Source of the DNA: an uncultured Pseudomonadota bacterium
Lineage (GTDB): Bacteria > SAR324 > NAC60-12
NCBI GenBank assembly: GCA_913020725.1
Contig: CAJWCD010000009.1
Location: 1 to 43,052 of the forward strand
DNA: 43,052 nucleotides
Direction of reading: 5' to 3'
In this document: one piece after another, positions 8,032-18,162 of the stretch
Layout: every line of letters begins with the position of its first letter
Numbering within the stretch: the stretch's first letter is position 1
Program-made: the position numbers and the translations under genes
The notes under the pieces: model-generated
Seen by the model: the letters and a program-made list of their open reading frames with translations, nothing else
The model's database searches: none
What the model was told of the DNA's origin: nothing

Positions 8032-9273
8032 TCAGCGTGGGCCGAGTCCGCTGAGGTCGGTTCCGGGAGGCTGGCGCAAAAGCAGGTCGGCGGTGATGCG
8101 TGCGCTACCGCAGGCCATCGTCCAGCCGAGGGAACCGTGTCCGGTGTTGAAGAGCAGATTGTGATGCCTTCCACGTCCGAGAATCGGTGCGCTGTCTGGT
8201 GTCATGGGGCGCAGGCCCGCCCAGTATTTTGGGCGTTCGTAGTCGGCGCCGTTTGGGAACAACTCGCGGATGCTCTTGAGAGTGTACTCGAACTGACGGG
8301 GACGGTGTTTGGTGTTGAAACCGACAAATGCGGCCAGCGAACTCACGCGCAGCCGATCGCCGAACCGGGAGCAGGCGATGTGAGCATCCTGATCCGAACA
8401 GCTCAGCGTGGGCGGTTGGTGTCCGGATTCGATCGGGAGTGTGAGAGAGAGTCCCTTGACAGGATAAATCGAAAGCGTTTCGCCCAAGCTGCCTGCGAGT
8501 TGCGGACTCCAGCAGCCGAGGCAGAGAACAAAGGCATCAGCACTAAATTCGCCGTGATCCGTAGCCACTTTGGTAACTTGATTCCCATCCGAGATGAAAT
8601 GCCGGGCCGTGACTCCGAACTGGAAGGCTGCACCACGTGCTTGGCAGATTTGTGCGAGATTTTGGGTGAACCCGTGGCAGTCTCCGGATTCATCCGTGGG
8701 ACAGAGAATGGCCCCAGCCAGCGTGGTTCTCGCGTTTGCAAAGGCAGGCTCGAGTTTCACAAGTTGCGCGGCATCGAGCAACTCGTACTTTTGTCCGTCT
8801 TCGCGAAGGATGTCCCGGAGGCGGTTGCCGTGTTCCAACGAGCGGGAGTCGCGAAAAATGGAGAGCACACCGCCTGTTCTGCGGTCGTACTTCACTCCGG
8901 ATTCCGCCAGCACTGCGGCCATCACAGTTTGGCTGTAGAGGGAAAGGCGCTGCCGGATGAGTGTGTTGCGCCGCCACGCCTCGGTCGTGCATTCCTTGAG
9001 AAAACGCAGTCCCCACGAAATCAGGTGGGGTCCGGGAAAACCGATGCGCATCGCCTGCTCCAAACCCAGCCACACCTTGGGCAAACTGCGCAGGCGTTCC
9101 GGAGAACCCCATGCGAGGGCAGCACCGGGCACAAGCAACCCTGCGTTGGCGTGGCTTGCGCCCTGAGCCGGAGTGGATTCGCGCTCCAATACCACGACCT
9201 CATGGCCATCCTGAAGCAGTTCGTAGGCGGTTGTCACTCCAACCACTCCTGCTCCCAACACCAACACTTTCAT
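8032..9273 (-). CDS. dadA: D-amino acid dehydrogenase (FAD-dependent)
   Basis: MKVLVLGAGVVG (GxGxxG), ASHANAG, DESGDC, IYPVKGLS, WAGLRPMTPD, NTGHGSLGWTMACGS. Confidence 0.88.
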   Translation of the reverse strand: MKVLVLGAGVVGVTTAYELLQDGHEVVVLERESTPAQGASHANAGLLVPGAALAWGSPERLRSLPKVWLGLEQAMRIGFPGPHLISWGLRFLKECTTEAWRRNTLIRQRLSLYSQTVMAAVLAESGVKYDRRTGGVLSIFRDSRSLEHGNRLRDILREDGQKYELLDAAQLVKLEPAFANARTTLAGAILCPTDESGDCHGFTQNLAQICQARGAAFQFGVTARHFISDGNQVTKVATDHGEFSADAFVLCLGCWSPQLAGSLGETLSIYPVKGLSLTLPIESGHQPPTLSCSDQDAHIACSRFGDRLRVSSLAAFVGFNTKHRPRQFEYTLKSIRELFPNGADYERPKYWAGLRPMTPDSAPILGRGRHHNLLFNTGHGSLGWTMACGSARITADLLLRQPPGTDLSGLGPR

Positions 9274-9317
9274 CGGTTCTTCACCTCCTCACCGACTGCA
9301 CACTTGCCGCTTCGGAG

Positions 9318-11042
9318 TCAGGGCTTGGCTGCGCGGCGTTCGCGTTCACGTTCGCCCTCCTTTTGATTGAACCACTCGGAAATTTTTTCCGCAAGATCAG
9401 GACGTTGGATGCGCTCACAGAGTGCGACCATGTGCTTGTACACCTCCCGGCGTGGTTCGATCCTGATCGCCTCTTCATACGCCTTGATCGCGGCCTTGAA
9501 ATTGCGTTTGGCCTCGAAATCTTGAGCCTGAAGCAGCTTGGCCTGCACCTGCCGATGGGTGGCCTTGGCCCCAAGGCTCTCCCGTAATTCCTTGAGTTCC
9601 CGGACACGACTTGTATTGTCCATCAATTCAAACAGCTCAATCCCCCGGGTAAGCAGTTCGTTGGACGGGGTGATCTCCAGCGCATAGTTCATCAGTTCTG
9701 CTGCCTTGGCCATCTGATCGGCCCGCAGTGCCTTGTCAAGTTCCTTCAAGTAACCGTCCCGGATTTCCTTGAGTCCCTTCATCGCGTCGGTGTTGCGGCG
9801 ATCCAGCTTGAGGGTCAATTTGTACGCACGCTGGGCGTTACGGGGGCGATTGAAGGTCTGGAGCATTCCTGCGACACGGTTGATCCGTGCTGGTTCGTTC
9901 AACTCGTCCAGAATCGGTTCGTACAGTTCCAACGCCTTGCGGGCGGCTCCATTTTCCTCGTGGCGCTCGGCTTCCTCCAGCACCTTCGCGATCTCGTACT
10001 CACCTTTGGTGCGTTCCAGCAATTTGTAAGCGATGAAGAAGTAAGTACGCGCTTGGGCGATCTTGCGCTGACGCCGCAGCAGGATTCCGTAGTTGACGTT
10101 GGCATAGCGGTGGTTGGGATGTTGCTTGAGGAAAGTGTTGAGCTGTTCCTCTGCCGAGTTGACCTCCTCTTGCAGCGCATCGGTGATGATCCGAAAGCAG
10201 ATCAGGTCCAAGTTCCCCGGATCGCGCTCCAACAGCTTGTCAAAAATGAGCTGGGCAGTACGGCCTTCCTCTTGATCGAGACAACTGAACGCAAGGTTCA
10301 ACAGCGTGTTGTGTTCGTCCGGATGCTCTGGATCCATCGTGGCTTCAATGTGTTCCAGCAGGTCTAGCGGATGAGGTTCGTCCGCTGCTTCTGCCCCCTC
10401 GGTTCCTGATACCTTGAGGTCCGAGAGGGCTTCTCCAATCTGCTCCACCGCCTCGTCTTTCAGCACTTCTGCTTTTGCAGGGGAGTCATTCTCGTCTTCC
10501 CCCTCTGCTTCAGGAGGCCGAAGTTGCTCGACGAGGCTTTCGATCACCTCAGTCTCGCATTGTGGATACTTGAAATTTTCAAGGTTCTCGAATTCGACAA
10601 TCGCCGAAATCGCCGACCCGTCAAAGAGCGGCACTCGCGCCAGCATGGCAGCAAGGTTGTAAGTGGCATTGCGGAATTTAGGATCGTGCTTGAGGCAATG
10701 CTGATACATGTTCCGGGCTTGCGTGATGTTCCCCTGCCGCCGATAGGCGTTCCCCAACAAATTGGCGAGATCAACGTTGCCCGGATCGCGGTTCAGGACG
10801 TTCGCTCCCAACGCCAGCAGCCCCTCCACATCCCCAGAGGATTCCATCTGACGGTAGAGGGCGAGTACCACCTGTGTGGCAAGATCGTGGTCCTCGTCAA
10901 GTGCCTTGTTGAACTCAACCTTCGCCCGGTCATAGAAACGGCTCTTGAGCAGCTTGTAAGCGTTCTCTAAGATTTCAACAACTGCTGCGTCGGATGCCGT
11001 GTAGGAAACATCCAGATCGTTAAGAAGGCTGCTCATGTTCAA
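9318..11042 (-). CDS. Cytoplasmic tetratricopeptide-repeat protein
   Basis: Multiple TPR consensus units (LANLLGNAYRRQGNITQARNMYQHCLKHDP; YANVNYGILLRRQ; AAIKAYEEAIRIEP); no signal peptide. Confidence 0.85.
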   Translation of the reverse strand: MNMSSLLNDLDVSYTASDAAVVEILENAYKLLKSRFYDRAKVEFNKALDEDHDLATQVVLALYRQMESSGDVEGLLALGANVLNRDPGNVDLANLLGNAYRRQGNITQARNMYQHCLKHDPKFRNATYNLAAMLARVPLFDGSAISAIVEFENLENFKYPQCETEVIESLVEQLRPPEAEGEDENDSPAKAEVLKDEAVEQIGEALSDLKVSGTEGAEAADEPHPLDLLEHIEATMDPEHPDEHNTLLNLAFSCLDQEEGRTAQLIFDKLLERDPGNLDLICFRIITDALQEEVNSAEEQLNTFLKQHPNHRYANVNYGILLRRQRKIAQARTYFFIAYKLLERTKGEYEIAKVLEEAERHEENGAARKALELYEPILDELNEPARINRVAGMLQTFNRPRNAQRAYKLTLKLDRRNTDAMKGLKEIRDGYLKELDKALRADQMAKAAELMNYALEITPSNELLTRGIELFELMDNTSRVRELKELRESLGAKATHRQVQAKLLQAQDFEAKRNFKAAIKAYEEAIRIEPRREVYKHMVALCERIQRPDLAEKISEWFNQKEGERERERRAAKP

Positions 11043-11203
11043 TTAAAAATGAGATGGGTTGAAAATCCTATTGCGGATTCAACTGAAATCGTTTACCAAA
11101 GTTGGCAAAAGGGCAAGCGTCTTGGTCAACCCCACCGTGCATGAAAGCCGAGTGCTCCCTTCAACCGCATAGAGGAATGCAGAGCCAATGCCTTGCTGAG
11201 CCG

Positions 11204-11689
11204 ATGATGAGAACAACTGTTTTGCTACCACACCAAAAACTCCGGAAGTGGAAACTCAAGCCCGCTGCCCACCCCAAACGACGAGGGCTGGGGATCGCAG
11301 TTTGTTGGCTGTTCGTCGGTGTCGGAATCGTCCACGCCGATTTCTTCAAGTGGGAGATTTTGGCCTACCCGGAGGGCTGGGGCACGGCCCATGTGACTTT
11401 TCCAGTCATGGGCGAAGGAGAGGTGTACAAAACCAGTTCCGGATGGTTCTGCTCTGTTGAAGCCTTCCGGACGAACATCGAGAGCGAACTGCTCTGGGAG
11501 AGTAAAACTCTGCGCTGCGTTCAGGGCGACACCGAACGCACTGTCCGGGTGGTCTGCACCGACAACAATCAAAACCGACGTTACAATACCAGCAAGGAGG
11601 ATTTCGCTCCACCCGTCAGCGAGGGTTTTCCGCTCGATCCGGAACAGGGCGCACGTTCACCCTATCTCCTGCTGCGCTGTTTTTTCTGA
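11204..11689 (+). CDS. Hypothetical exported or membrane-anchored protein (start uncertain)
   Basis: Basic stretch then hydrophobic GLGIAVCWLFVGVGIVHA; the mature part is beta-rich with four Cys; fills the gap between flanking minus-strand genes. Confidence 0.6.
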   Translation: MMRTTVLLPHQKLRKWKLKPAAHPKRRGLGIAVCWLFVGVGIVHADFFKWEILAYPEGWGTAHVTFPVMGEGEVYKTSSGWFCSVEAFRTNIESELLWESKTLRCVQGDTERTVRVVCTDNNQNRRYNTSKEDFAPPVSEGFPLDPEQGARSPYLLLRCFF

Positions 11690-11719
11690 TTCGGCAAGGC
11701 GGTCTCTCCGCGCAGCTAC

Positions 11720-11929
11720 TTATTTTTTCTCGATGGGTAGGACGTTGATCGCGTGGGGTTGCTGATCCTTTTTAATCACAGAAGCAACGGTGTAGCGGCG
11801 TCTCTCAATCTCAAGGATGCTGCTCTCGTTGAGCAGTGGGCGGGGGATACTCATGTTGAGCGATCCGCTGTGGCCCAGCACTCCATAAACCTTGACCTCG
11901 AAGACTTCTTTGCTGGTTGGGGGATTCAC
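11720..11929 (-). CDS. Small hypothetical protein (~69 aa)
   Basis: GTG 13 nt after the upstream stop, in frame with the tracked ORF; globular-looking sequence FEVKVYGVLGHSG...YTVASVIKK...INVLPIEKK. Confidence 0.55.
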   Translation of the reverse strand: MNPPTSKEVFEVKVYGVLGHSGSLNMSIPRPLLNESSILEIERRRYTVASVIKKDQQPHAINVLPIEKK

Positions 11930-11942
11930 TGGCAAAATCTGA

Positions 11943-13457
11943 TTAGGGTGCAACGCCCATCCGGCACTCGCGCAGGATGAGCCGTTGAAAAGCAGCCGGA
12001 ACCTCAAGCTGATGACGGAGAACGAGGACGAGCATCGCGCTCAGCAGCACTCCCCGGAACGCACCAAGCGTTTCCAGCGGAACCGCATAATAGGGGAGTT
12101 TACCAACGTGAACAACTCTTGACCCGCCGCCGATTTTCATACCCTGCACCAAGAGGCGCAGTAGGATTCCGGCCTGCACAGCAGAACCAGTATTCGCCGG
12201 TTCTCCAAAACACGCCAGCCCATAATGCAGCAAACCGCCCATTCCTGTCGGTAGCGTGATCGACGAACCCTCGGTCTCGTGACGAACCGCCCACGGCAGC
12301 TTGAATCCGTGAATGCGGCTGCGCTCCCGGTGGTTTTCCAACAAAGCCAAGTTCGCCTCTCCAGCCAGAGCTTCCGGAACCAACCTCCATTCAACTCGGC
12401 GGGAATCGAGGGCATCCTCGTCGCTGCGGCTCAGGATTTCGGCTAGGAGTCCGGGAAGTTCCTCGGATTCGTCGGGCTGACTTCCCAACTGCTGCAAGAG
12501 CAGGTCGCGTTTTTCCGGCTGGTACGCGCTCACTTGTGGGAAGAAGTAGGGGGCACTGCATTCCAAAATGCTGCTGAAGGATTTTTCCAAGCGTTGCAAC
12601 CCGGTTTGATTTTGACTCAGCCACTGTCTGAAGCGCTCGGAGAGGTCGGGCAAAGCGGCCCCGGATTTCCGTGAGGCACCGCCTCCAAAACTCTCTGACA
12701 ATTCGTCCGCTCCAACGGGCAGGACATCACGCTGCTTGGCAAGCAGAGAGCGGGCCTTCCGGACAAAAAGTTCCAGCTCCCTGAAATCCAACTGATTGAT
12801 CCACTCCGGAAACTCCGTGTGGTTTTCGGAATGCGTAAATTCTGCACGGAGGGCATCCAACCGATCCTTGTTCGCGGAGCTACGCAGGTAATCATTCAGC
12901 AATCCCTGATAGTGACGGTGCTTGAGTGTGAGGTAGGTCCAGTAAGGCGCTGAAAAAAGTTCGCGGTAACGCTCCTCGAAGAACTGCCTCGCCTTGTCCG
13001 GAGCAGCCGCGACCTGATTTTCGAGGTGCCCCGTGAGCCAGCTTCGTTCCCAGTCGGAGGAAATCTCCTGACCCAAGAGTCGTGTCAGACTCACTTGCAA
13101 ATTGTGCTGATAGCGCAGGAGGTGGGCTTGCTGAATTTCTGTTGCGCCCAACGCCTCCAGCCGCTTGGCCACGCCAAGGGAGCGCAGACTTTTGAGGACG
13201 CTCCCTCGCAAGATACGCGAGGGCTGCTCCGGATCGTAGTTCGCCACGAGCTTGCGAACCGAGACAACGTCATAAAGCTGAAGTGCGTGGCGAATGGCCC
13301 GTTCCGCTTCCTGCGCCTCCGGAGCTTCCGGAAGCGTTTCCGAAAGCCCCCCCTCTGCAAGCAAGGCTTGGAGTCGTTCGAGAAAATCCTCCAGAATGGG
13401 GGATTCCGCGGGAGCAAGCTGGGCAAGCAGGCGGGACAACCCGGACAAGCGTGACAC
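11943..13457 (-). CDS. Hypothetical, largely helical protein (~504 aa) downstream of MoxR
   Basis: Long ORF; GTG start 7 nt after the MoxR stop; Leu/Glu/Arg-rich; no family recognised. Confidence 0.75.
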   Translation of the reverse strand: MSRLSGLSRLLAQLAPAESPILEDFLERLQALLAEGGLSETLPEAPEAQEAERAIRHALQLYDVVSVRKLVANYDPEQPSRILRGSVLKSLRSLGVAKRLEALGATEIQQAHLLRYQHNLQVSLTRLLGQEISSDWERSWLTGHLENQVAAAPDKARQFFEERYRELFSAPYWTYLTLKHRHYQGLLNDYLRSSANKDRLDALRAEFTHSENHTEFPEWINQLDFRELELFVRKARSLLAKQRDVLPVGADELSESFGGGASRKSGAALPDLSERFRQWLSQNQTGLQRLEKSFSSILECSAPYFFPQVSAYQPEKRDLLLQQLGSQPDESEELPGLLAEILSRSDEDALDSRRVEWRLVPEALAGEANLALLENHRERSRIHGFKLPWAVRHETEGSSITLPTGMGGLLHYGLACFGEPANTGSAVQAGILLRLLVQGMKIGGGSRVVHVGKLPYYAVPLETLGAFRGVLLSAMLVLVLRHQLEVPAAFQRLILRECRMGVAP

Positions 13458-13464
13458 CGTGATT

Positions 13465-14469
13465 TCAGGCGAGGGTGGGCAGATGGACCAGCAGCCGCTC
13501 AACAATGCGCTTCGCAGTCCAGCCCTCCGCCTCGGCGACAAAATTCGGAATGATGCGGTGCCGCAAGACCGCCGCCGCAACAGCGACGACATGCTCCAGC
13601 CGCACTGCGGCATCCCCCTTCAGAAACGCGTGAGCGCGTGCAGCCCGGACAAGGTATTGCGATGCCCGCACTCCAGCCCCCCATTCGACGAAGCGCTGCA
13701 CTTCCGGAAGGTTCGATTCCTGTGGGCGCGACTGCCGCACCATGGTCACGATCGCCTTGACAAGGCTGGGTGCGATGGGCACCAACATTGCCGCCGTATG
13801 CAAGGTTTCAAGCATTTCCGGATCGAAGATTGCAGGAGCCTCCTGCGGGTGTGCCGAGAGTTCCAACTGGGCGATTTGCACCTCCTCATCAAACTGAGGG
13901 TAAGTGATCTCGATGTTGAAGAGAAAGCGATCCAACTGTGCTTCCGGAAGCGGATAGGTGCCCTCGGAATCAATCGGATTCTGCGTGGCAAAGACAATGA
14001 AGGGTCGGTTGATGGTGTGGGTTTTTCCGGCAACCGTCACTTGCCGCTCCTGCATCGCTTGCAACAGGGCAGCTTGCGTGCGTGGCGAGGTGCGGTTGAT
14101 TTCGTCGGCCAGCAGCAAATTGGTGAACACCGGCCCCGGAATGAACCGAAAGTGTCGCTCCCGTGCAGCGGTTTCCTCCAGCACCTCAATGCCACTGATG
14201 TCGGAGGGCATCAGGTCCGGGGTGCATTGAATGCGGTTGGACGAAAGCTGAAACAATCCGGCGAGGCAGCGAACCAGCATGGTTTTCGCAAGTCCGGGGA
14301 CTCCGGTGAGCAGCACATGTCCGTCACAGAGCAGAGCCGTGACCAACAATTCCAGCACCTGCTGCTGCCCGATGATCACCTCTCCCATCGCATCCTTGAA
14401 ACGCTGTGGAAAGTTGCCAGACTGTTCAGAAAGGGCAGCGGGCATGGTCGTCGAAGGTGCGGTGTCCAT
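13465..14469 (-). CDS. moxR: MoxR-family AAA+ ATPase (MoxR-proper type)
   Basis: GHVLLTGVPGLAKT (Walker A), RIQCTPDLMPSDI, LLLADEINR (Walker B), ATQNPIDSEGTYPLPEAQLDRF, VLRHRI. Confidence 0.93.
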   Translation of the reverse strand: MDTAPSTTMPAALSEQSGNFPQRFKDAMGEVIIGQQQVLELLVTALLCDGHVLLTGVPGLAKTMLVRCLAGLFQLSSNRIQCTPDLMPSDISGIEVLEETAARERHFRFIPGPVFTNLLLADEINRTSPRTQAALLQAMQERQVTVAGKTHTINRPFIVFATQNPIDSEGTYPLPEAQLDRFLFNIEITYPQFDEEVQIAQLELSAHPQEAPAIFDPEMLETLHTAAMLVPIAPSLVKAIVTMVRQSRPQESNLPEVQRFVEWGAGVRASQYLVRAARAHAFLKGDAAVRLEHVVAVAAAVLRHRIIPNFVAEAEGWTAKRIVERLLVHLPTLA

Positions 14470-14609
14470 GGCAATGAGCTTAGATTCCGAACCCAAGAGG
14501 CGCAAGGCGATTTGAGCGTTGTGCGCCGAATGTCTTGCAACAAACGCGGGGTCTCCGTAGCGTTATTTCGTCTAAGCAAAACTCCTTGAAACCCAAAGCG
14601 TCCACCTCA

Positions 14610-15794
14610 ATGTCCGTTAACACCGATAATCCTCAAGCCCCCGCCTCTTCTGAGGGCTTGGATTCACTTGCGGACCGGACTTCTTTTTTGGATATCCCTC
14701 CAGAGGCCGAGCGACGCTATCTGGAAGCGGTCCAGCTAGGAGATGCTCCTCCCGCAGGGGTCAACAAACCGCTGGAGCAAAACAAACGCTACAACCTGTT
14801 CGTGAAACCGGGAATGCTCCGGAATCGGAATCGGAAATCTCCACGCGTGGTGGAAATCGCACCCGACATGCCCACAGAAAAAGCTGAAAACGCGGCCTCC
14901 TCGGTCCTCCGGGAACTTGGAGCCGAAAACAACGACGCCCCCCCCGAATCTCCACCAACCCCGGAACCCGACCTTCAGGCAGAATCAAGCTCGCCACCCC
15001 AGACGCTGGAAAAACCGGACAACCTAGCACTAGAGGAAACACCCACAACCCCAAAAGTGAAAACGCTGGAACCTGTGCCTGTGGATTCAGTGTTGGAAGC
15101 CGGACTTGGCGGACGGGAAACCCCAGTCACTCCGATTCCGATTCTTTCTGAACTAGAAACCTCTGGTGCGGACAAACCCCCGGATTCTCCCCCCCCCGAC
15201 CTAGCTCCAGCGGAAAACAATTTGAGTTGGGGGTTGGGCGTGATGGAAAAGCTCGCACTCGTGGTGATGGCCGGAGTGATCGGATTTGCTGGCTTGCTCG
15301 TGGTGGGCGGCTACTTGGAATTGTTTGACGCCAGTGTCTTCCAGCAATTCACCCGAGGGTATGTCCACCAATTTGAGTTTGAGAAGCCCTTGCGCTCGCG
15401 GCGAGCACGAAACGCCTTCAACCGCAACACGTTGCTTGTCGTGGAGGGGCGGGTGCGTAACCAGTTCCTGACCTCCAGCCATGTGGGACGCGTCCGGCTC
15501 AAGGCTCTCGCCCTCGGCCCGCAAGGACAGGTTCTCGATGAATCGGTGTTCTTTGCTGGAGTGGTGCTAAGCGACGAGGAACTTGAGAACATGGGGCTGT
15601 CGGAAATCCGTGAGCTTCAACAGATGGCAGTTGGGCGGGATGCCCCCAACCTCAACCTGCGGAACGAGCAGGAAATCCCCTTTCAGGCAGTGTTCTTCCG
15701 CACCAGCGACGAGGTGGGCGACGTGCAGGTGAAACTGGTGAGCTACGAACGCAGCGGGAAATCCGTCTTTGTACGCTTCCCAGATTCACAGTAA
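14610..15794 (+). CDS. Single-pass membrane protein with Pro/Glu-rich linker and DUF3426-like C-terminal domain
   Basis: Disordered P/E-rich N-terminal half; TM LALVVMAGVIGFAGLLVVGGYL; LLVVEGRVRN...VRLKAL...G.VL...IPFQAVF fits the DUF3426 pattern. Confidence 0.7.
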   Translation: MSVNTDNPQAPASSEGLDSLADRTSFLDIPPEAERRYLEAVQLGDAPPAGVNKPLEQNKRYNLFVKPGMLRNRNRKSPRVVEIAPDMPTEKAENAASSVLRELGAENNDAPPESPPTPEPDLQAESSSPPQTLEKPDNLALEETPTTPKVKTLEPVPVDSVLEAGLGGRETPVTPIPILSELETSGADKPPDSPPPDLAPAENNLSWGLGVMEKLALVVMAGVIGFAGLLVVGGYLELFDASVFQQFTRGYVHQFEFEKPLRSRRARNAFNRNTLLVVEGRVRNQFLTSSHVGRVRLKALALGPQGQVLDESVFFAGVVLSDEELENMGLSEIRELQQMAVGRDAPNLNLRNEQEIPFQAVFFRTSDEVGDVQVKLVSYERSGKSVFVRFPDSQ

Positions 15795-15817
15795 TGCCTT
15801 CCTGAGAATCCTTGGTT

Positions 15818-17215
15818 TTAGCCCGAGCGGATGATGCGCAGCATTTCCTCCGGATCGCTCACCTTGCGACGCGGCTTTCCGGACTCCTGCCCTGCCCGGA
15901 CTTCGTGTTCGTCCAGCCGCTTCCAGTCTGAAAAGCTCACAGTGTCCACCTGCCGCGACTCCAGCAGTGCCTCGATTTCTGCAACTCCGGTCGCTTCCTT
16001 GGGCTGCCACTTTTCATCGAGAAAGGTCTGGAGCATGGTGCGCACCGACTCCACCGCATCGGGTTTGTTGGTGCCAATCACACCGCTCGGTCCCCGCTTG
16101 ACCCAGCCGGCGACGTACTCCCGCAAACACGCCGCTCCGGTTTCCGGATTGAACACCTGCCCCTGCTGATTGGGAACGGTTCCGGATTTTGCATCGTAGG
16201 GCAGTCCTGGCTGTGGCAGCCCCTTGTAGCCAATCGACCGGAAGACCAAGCCGCAGTCCAGCGTGAAGGTTTCGCCGCTGCCTGTTGCACTGAGTTTTCC
16301 GTTACGCTGCTTCAGAACGTTACGCTCCAGCTTGAGTCCAGTGACTTTTCCGCCCTCACTCAAGACTTCTGCGGGCGAGGTGAGAAACACGAACCGCAGG
16401 CGCTTCGGCTTTCCGGTGTTACCCCGCTCCGCCATCTTGTTGAGGATTTCCAGGTTTTGCCGAGTTTCCCGTCCGGCGGCGTCAAGCTCTTGCTGGCTGC
16501 CCTCGTCCAGTTGCAGTTCCTCCGGATTCGCCAGTGCATCGGCCTCCGGCATTTCCAACAGTTCACGGGCCTCCACGGGCGTGAACGCGGCCTGCACCGG
16601 CCCCCGTCGTGCAATCAGGTAGATGTCTTCGATTTGACTGCCAGCGAGTTCTTGCAGCGCGTGATCGGCGATGTCGGTGACTTCAATTTCCTGCATCCGG
16701 TGGGCGAGAATCCGCGCCACGTCAATCGCCACGTTTCCCATGCCGATGATCGCCACACTTTTCGAGCTCAGGTCAAACTGCCAGTGGCGGTAATCCGGAT
16801 GCCCGTTGTACCAGCCCACAAACTCGGTGGCCGAATGCACTCCAGAAACGTCCTCGCCCGGAACGCCAAGTTGTCGGTCGCTGCTGCTGCCCACGGCGTA
16901 CAGCACCGCGTCATAGTGTTCCAGCAAATCCTCGCGGCTCACGTCCCGCCCAAATTCGACATTCCCGAAAAAACGGAAACGCTCGTTGCTGGCGATGCGC
17001 TCGTAAATCTTGATCACCGATTTGATCTTCTGGTGATCCGGAGCCACGCCGCCACGCACCAAGCCATACGGGGTCGGAAGCCGCTCGAACATGTCCACCC
17101 GCAAGGGCCAGGAATCTTGCTTGAATAGTGCCTGTGCCGCATAAAACGCCGAAGGCCCGGAACCGATAATAGCGATCCGCCAATTGGGGGTGTCGGAAGT
17201 TGGTTGCACGTCCAT
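15818..17215 (-). CDS. fprA: FprA/adrenodoxin-reductase-like NADPH-ferredoxin reductase
   Basis: IAIIGSGPSAFYAA, ERLPTPYGLVRGGVAPDH, FVGWYNGHPD, IIGMGNVAIDVAR, RRGPVQAAFT, GWVKRGPSGVIGTNK. The ATG overlaps the hemC stop (TGATG). Confidence 0.88.
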   Translation of the reverse strand: MDVQPTSDTPNWRIAIIGSGPSAFYAAQALFKQDSWPLRVDMFERLPTPYGLVRGGVAPDHQKIKSVIKIYERIASNERFRFFGNVEFGRDVSREDLLEHYDAVLYAVGSSSDRQLGVPGEDVSGVHSATEFVGWYNGHPDYRHWQFDLSSKSVAIIGMGNVAIDVARILAHRMQEIEVTDIADHALQELAGSQIEDIYLIARRGPVQAAFTPVEARELLEMPEADALANPEELQLDEGSQQELDAAGRETRQNLEILNKMAERGNTGKPKRLRFVFLTSPAEVLSEGGKVTGLKLERNVLKQRNGKLSATGSGETFTLDCGLVFRSIGYKGLPQPGLPYDAKSGTVPNQQGQVFNPETGAACLREYVAGWVKRGPSGVIGTNKPDAVESVRTMLQTFLDEKWQPKEATGVAEIEALLESRQVDTVSFSDWKRLDEHEVRAGQESGKPRRKVSDPEEMLRIIRSG

Positions 17216-18162
17216 CAAGGATTTAGAGCAGAAGAGAGCTTCAGTGCGGCAAGGATTTCACGTCCGCCAGAATTGAGAATTGCATTGGCCACTTCATCAC
17301 CAAGGGCACGAGCCGCTTCCAGAGTGGCAGCACTTTCGGCTTTGTGTTCGACCACTTGCTGGCCGTCCGGAGCAAGCAGTTGACCGCGCAAAAGCAAGCG
17401 TTCTCCGCGTCGTTCACACAATCCCGCCAGCGGCACCTGACAATTGCCTTCCAGCCGCTCCAGCAGGCGACGCTCGGCTTGGCAGCACAGGGCGGTGGTC
17501 TCGTCCTGAAGCGGTTGAATCAGCTCCAGCGTTGCAGGATCGTCTTCCCGGATTTCAAGCCCCAGTACACCTTGACCAAGTGCCGGAAGCAGCATTTCAG
17601 GCGGGAAAACCTCCGTGATGCGCGACTCCAACTCAAGGCGCTTGAGTCCAGCGACAGCGAGTAAGGTGGCATCGAAAGCTCCGGAGTCCACCTTGTTCAG
17701 CCGTGTTTCCACGTTTCCACGAATTGGCTGGATTTCCAAGTCCGGACGCAAATGGAGGAGCTGTGCCGCACGTCTCAACGAACTGGTGCCGACCACGGCC
17801 CCGGAGGGCAACTCACAAAACGAACCGTGCCGGGGTGCAACCAGTGCCTCCCGGAAATCCTCGCGAGCCGTGACCACAGGCAGTGCCAACCCTTCCGGAA
17901 CCTCACCCGTGACGTCCTTGAGGCTGTGGACCGCAAGGTCGGCTGCTTCCCGGAACAGCGACGCCTCTAGTTCCTTGACGAACAAGCCCTTGCCCCCGAC
18001 TTGCGAGAGCGGACGATCCTGAATGCGATCCCCCTTGGTTTGGACAATCACCAGTTCAACGGTCTGTCCAGGATGGTTTTGCTCGATTTGGGACTTCACC
18101 CAGTTGGCCTGCCAGAGCGCCAGACGGCTGCCACGGGTGGCGATGCGCAAGCTTGCCCGCAT
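17215..18162 (-). CDS. hemC: Hydroxymethylbilane synthase (porphobilinogen deaminase)
   Basis: IATRGSRLALWQA, GGKGLFVKELE, DLAVHSLKD, GTSSLRR, IRGNVETRL, LEGNCQVP. Confidence 0.97.
   Translation of the reverse strand: MRASLRIATRGSRLALWQANWVKSQIEQNHPGQTVELVIVQTKGDRIQDRPLSQVGGKGLFVKELEASLFREAADLAVHSLKDVTGEVPEGLALPVVTAREDFREALVAPRHGSFCELPSGAVVGTSSLRRAAQLLHLRPDLEIQPIRGNVETRLNKVDSGAFDATLLAVAGLKRLELESRITEVFPPEMLLPALGQGVLGLEIREDDPATLELIQPLQDETTALCCQAERRLLERLEGNCQVPLAGLCERRGERLLLRGQLLAPDGQQVVEHKAESAATLEAARALGDEVANAILNSGGREILAALKLSSALNP

Noticed and set aside
7570..9366. 598-aa plus-strand ORF
   Set aside because: Antisense shadow of dadA and the sigma factor, which have clear motifs; the translation is Ser/Arg/Ala-rich with no recognisable domain.
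13294..14589. 431-aa plus-strand ORF, and similar long antisense ORFs (2017..2958, 18232..19155, 26996..27820, 28549..29529)
   Set aside because: All lie opposite well-supported genes; long antisense frames are expected in GC-rich coding DNA.
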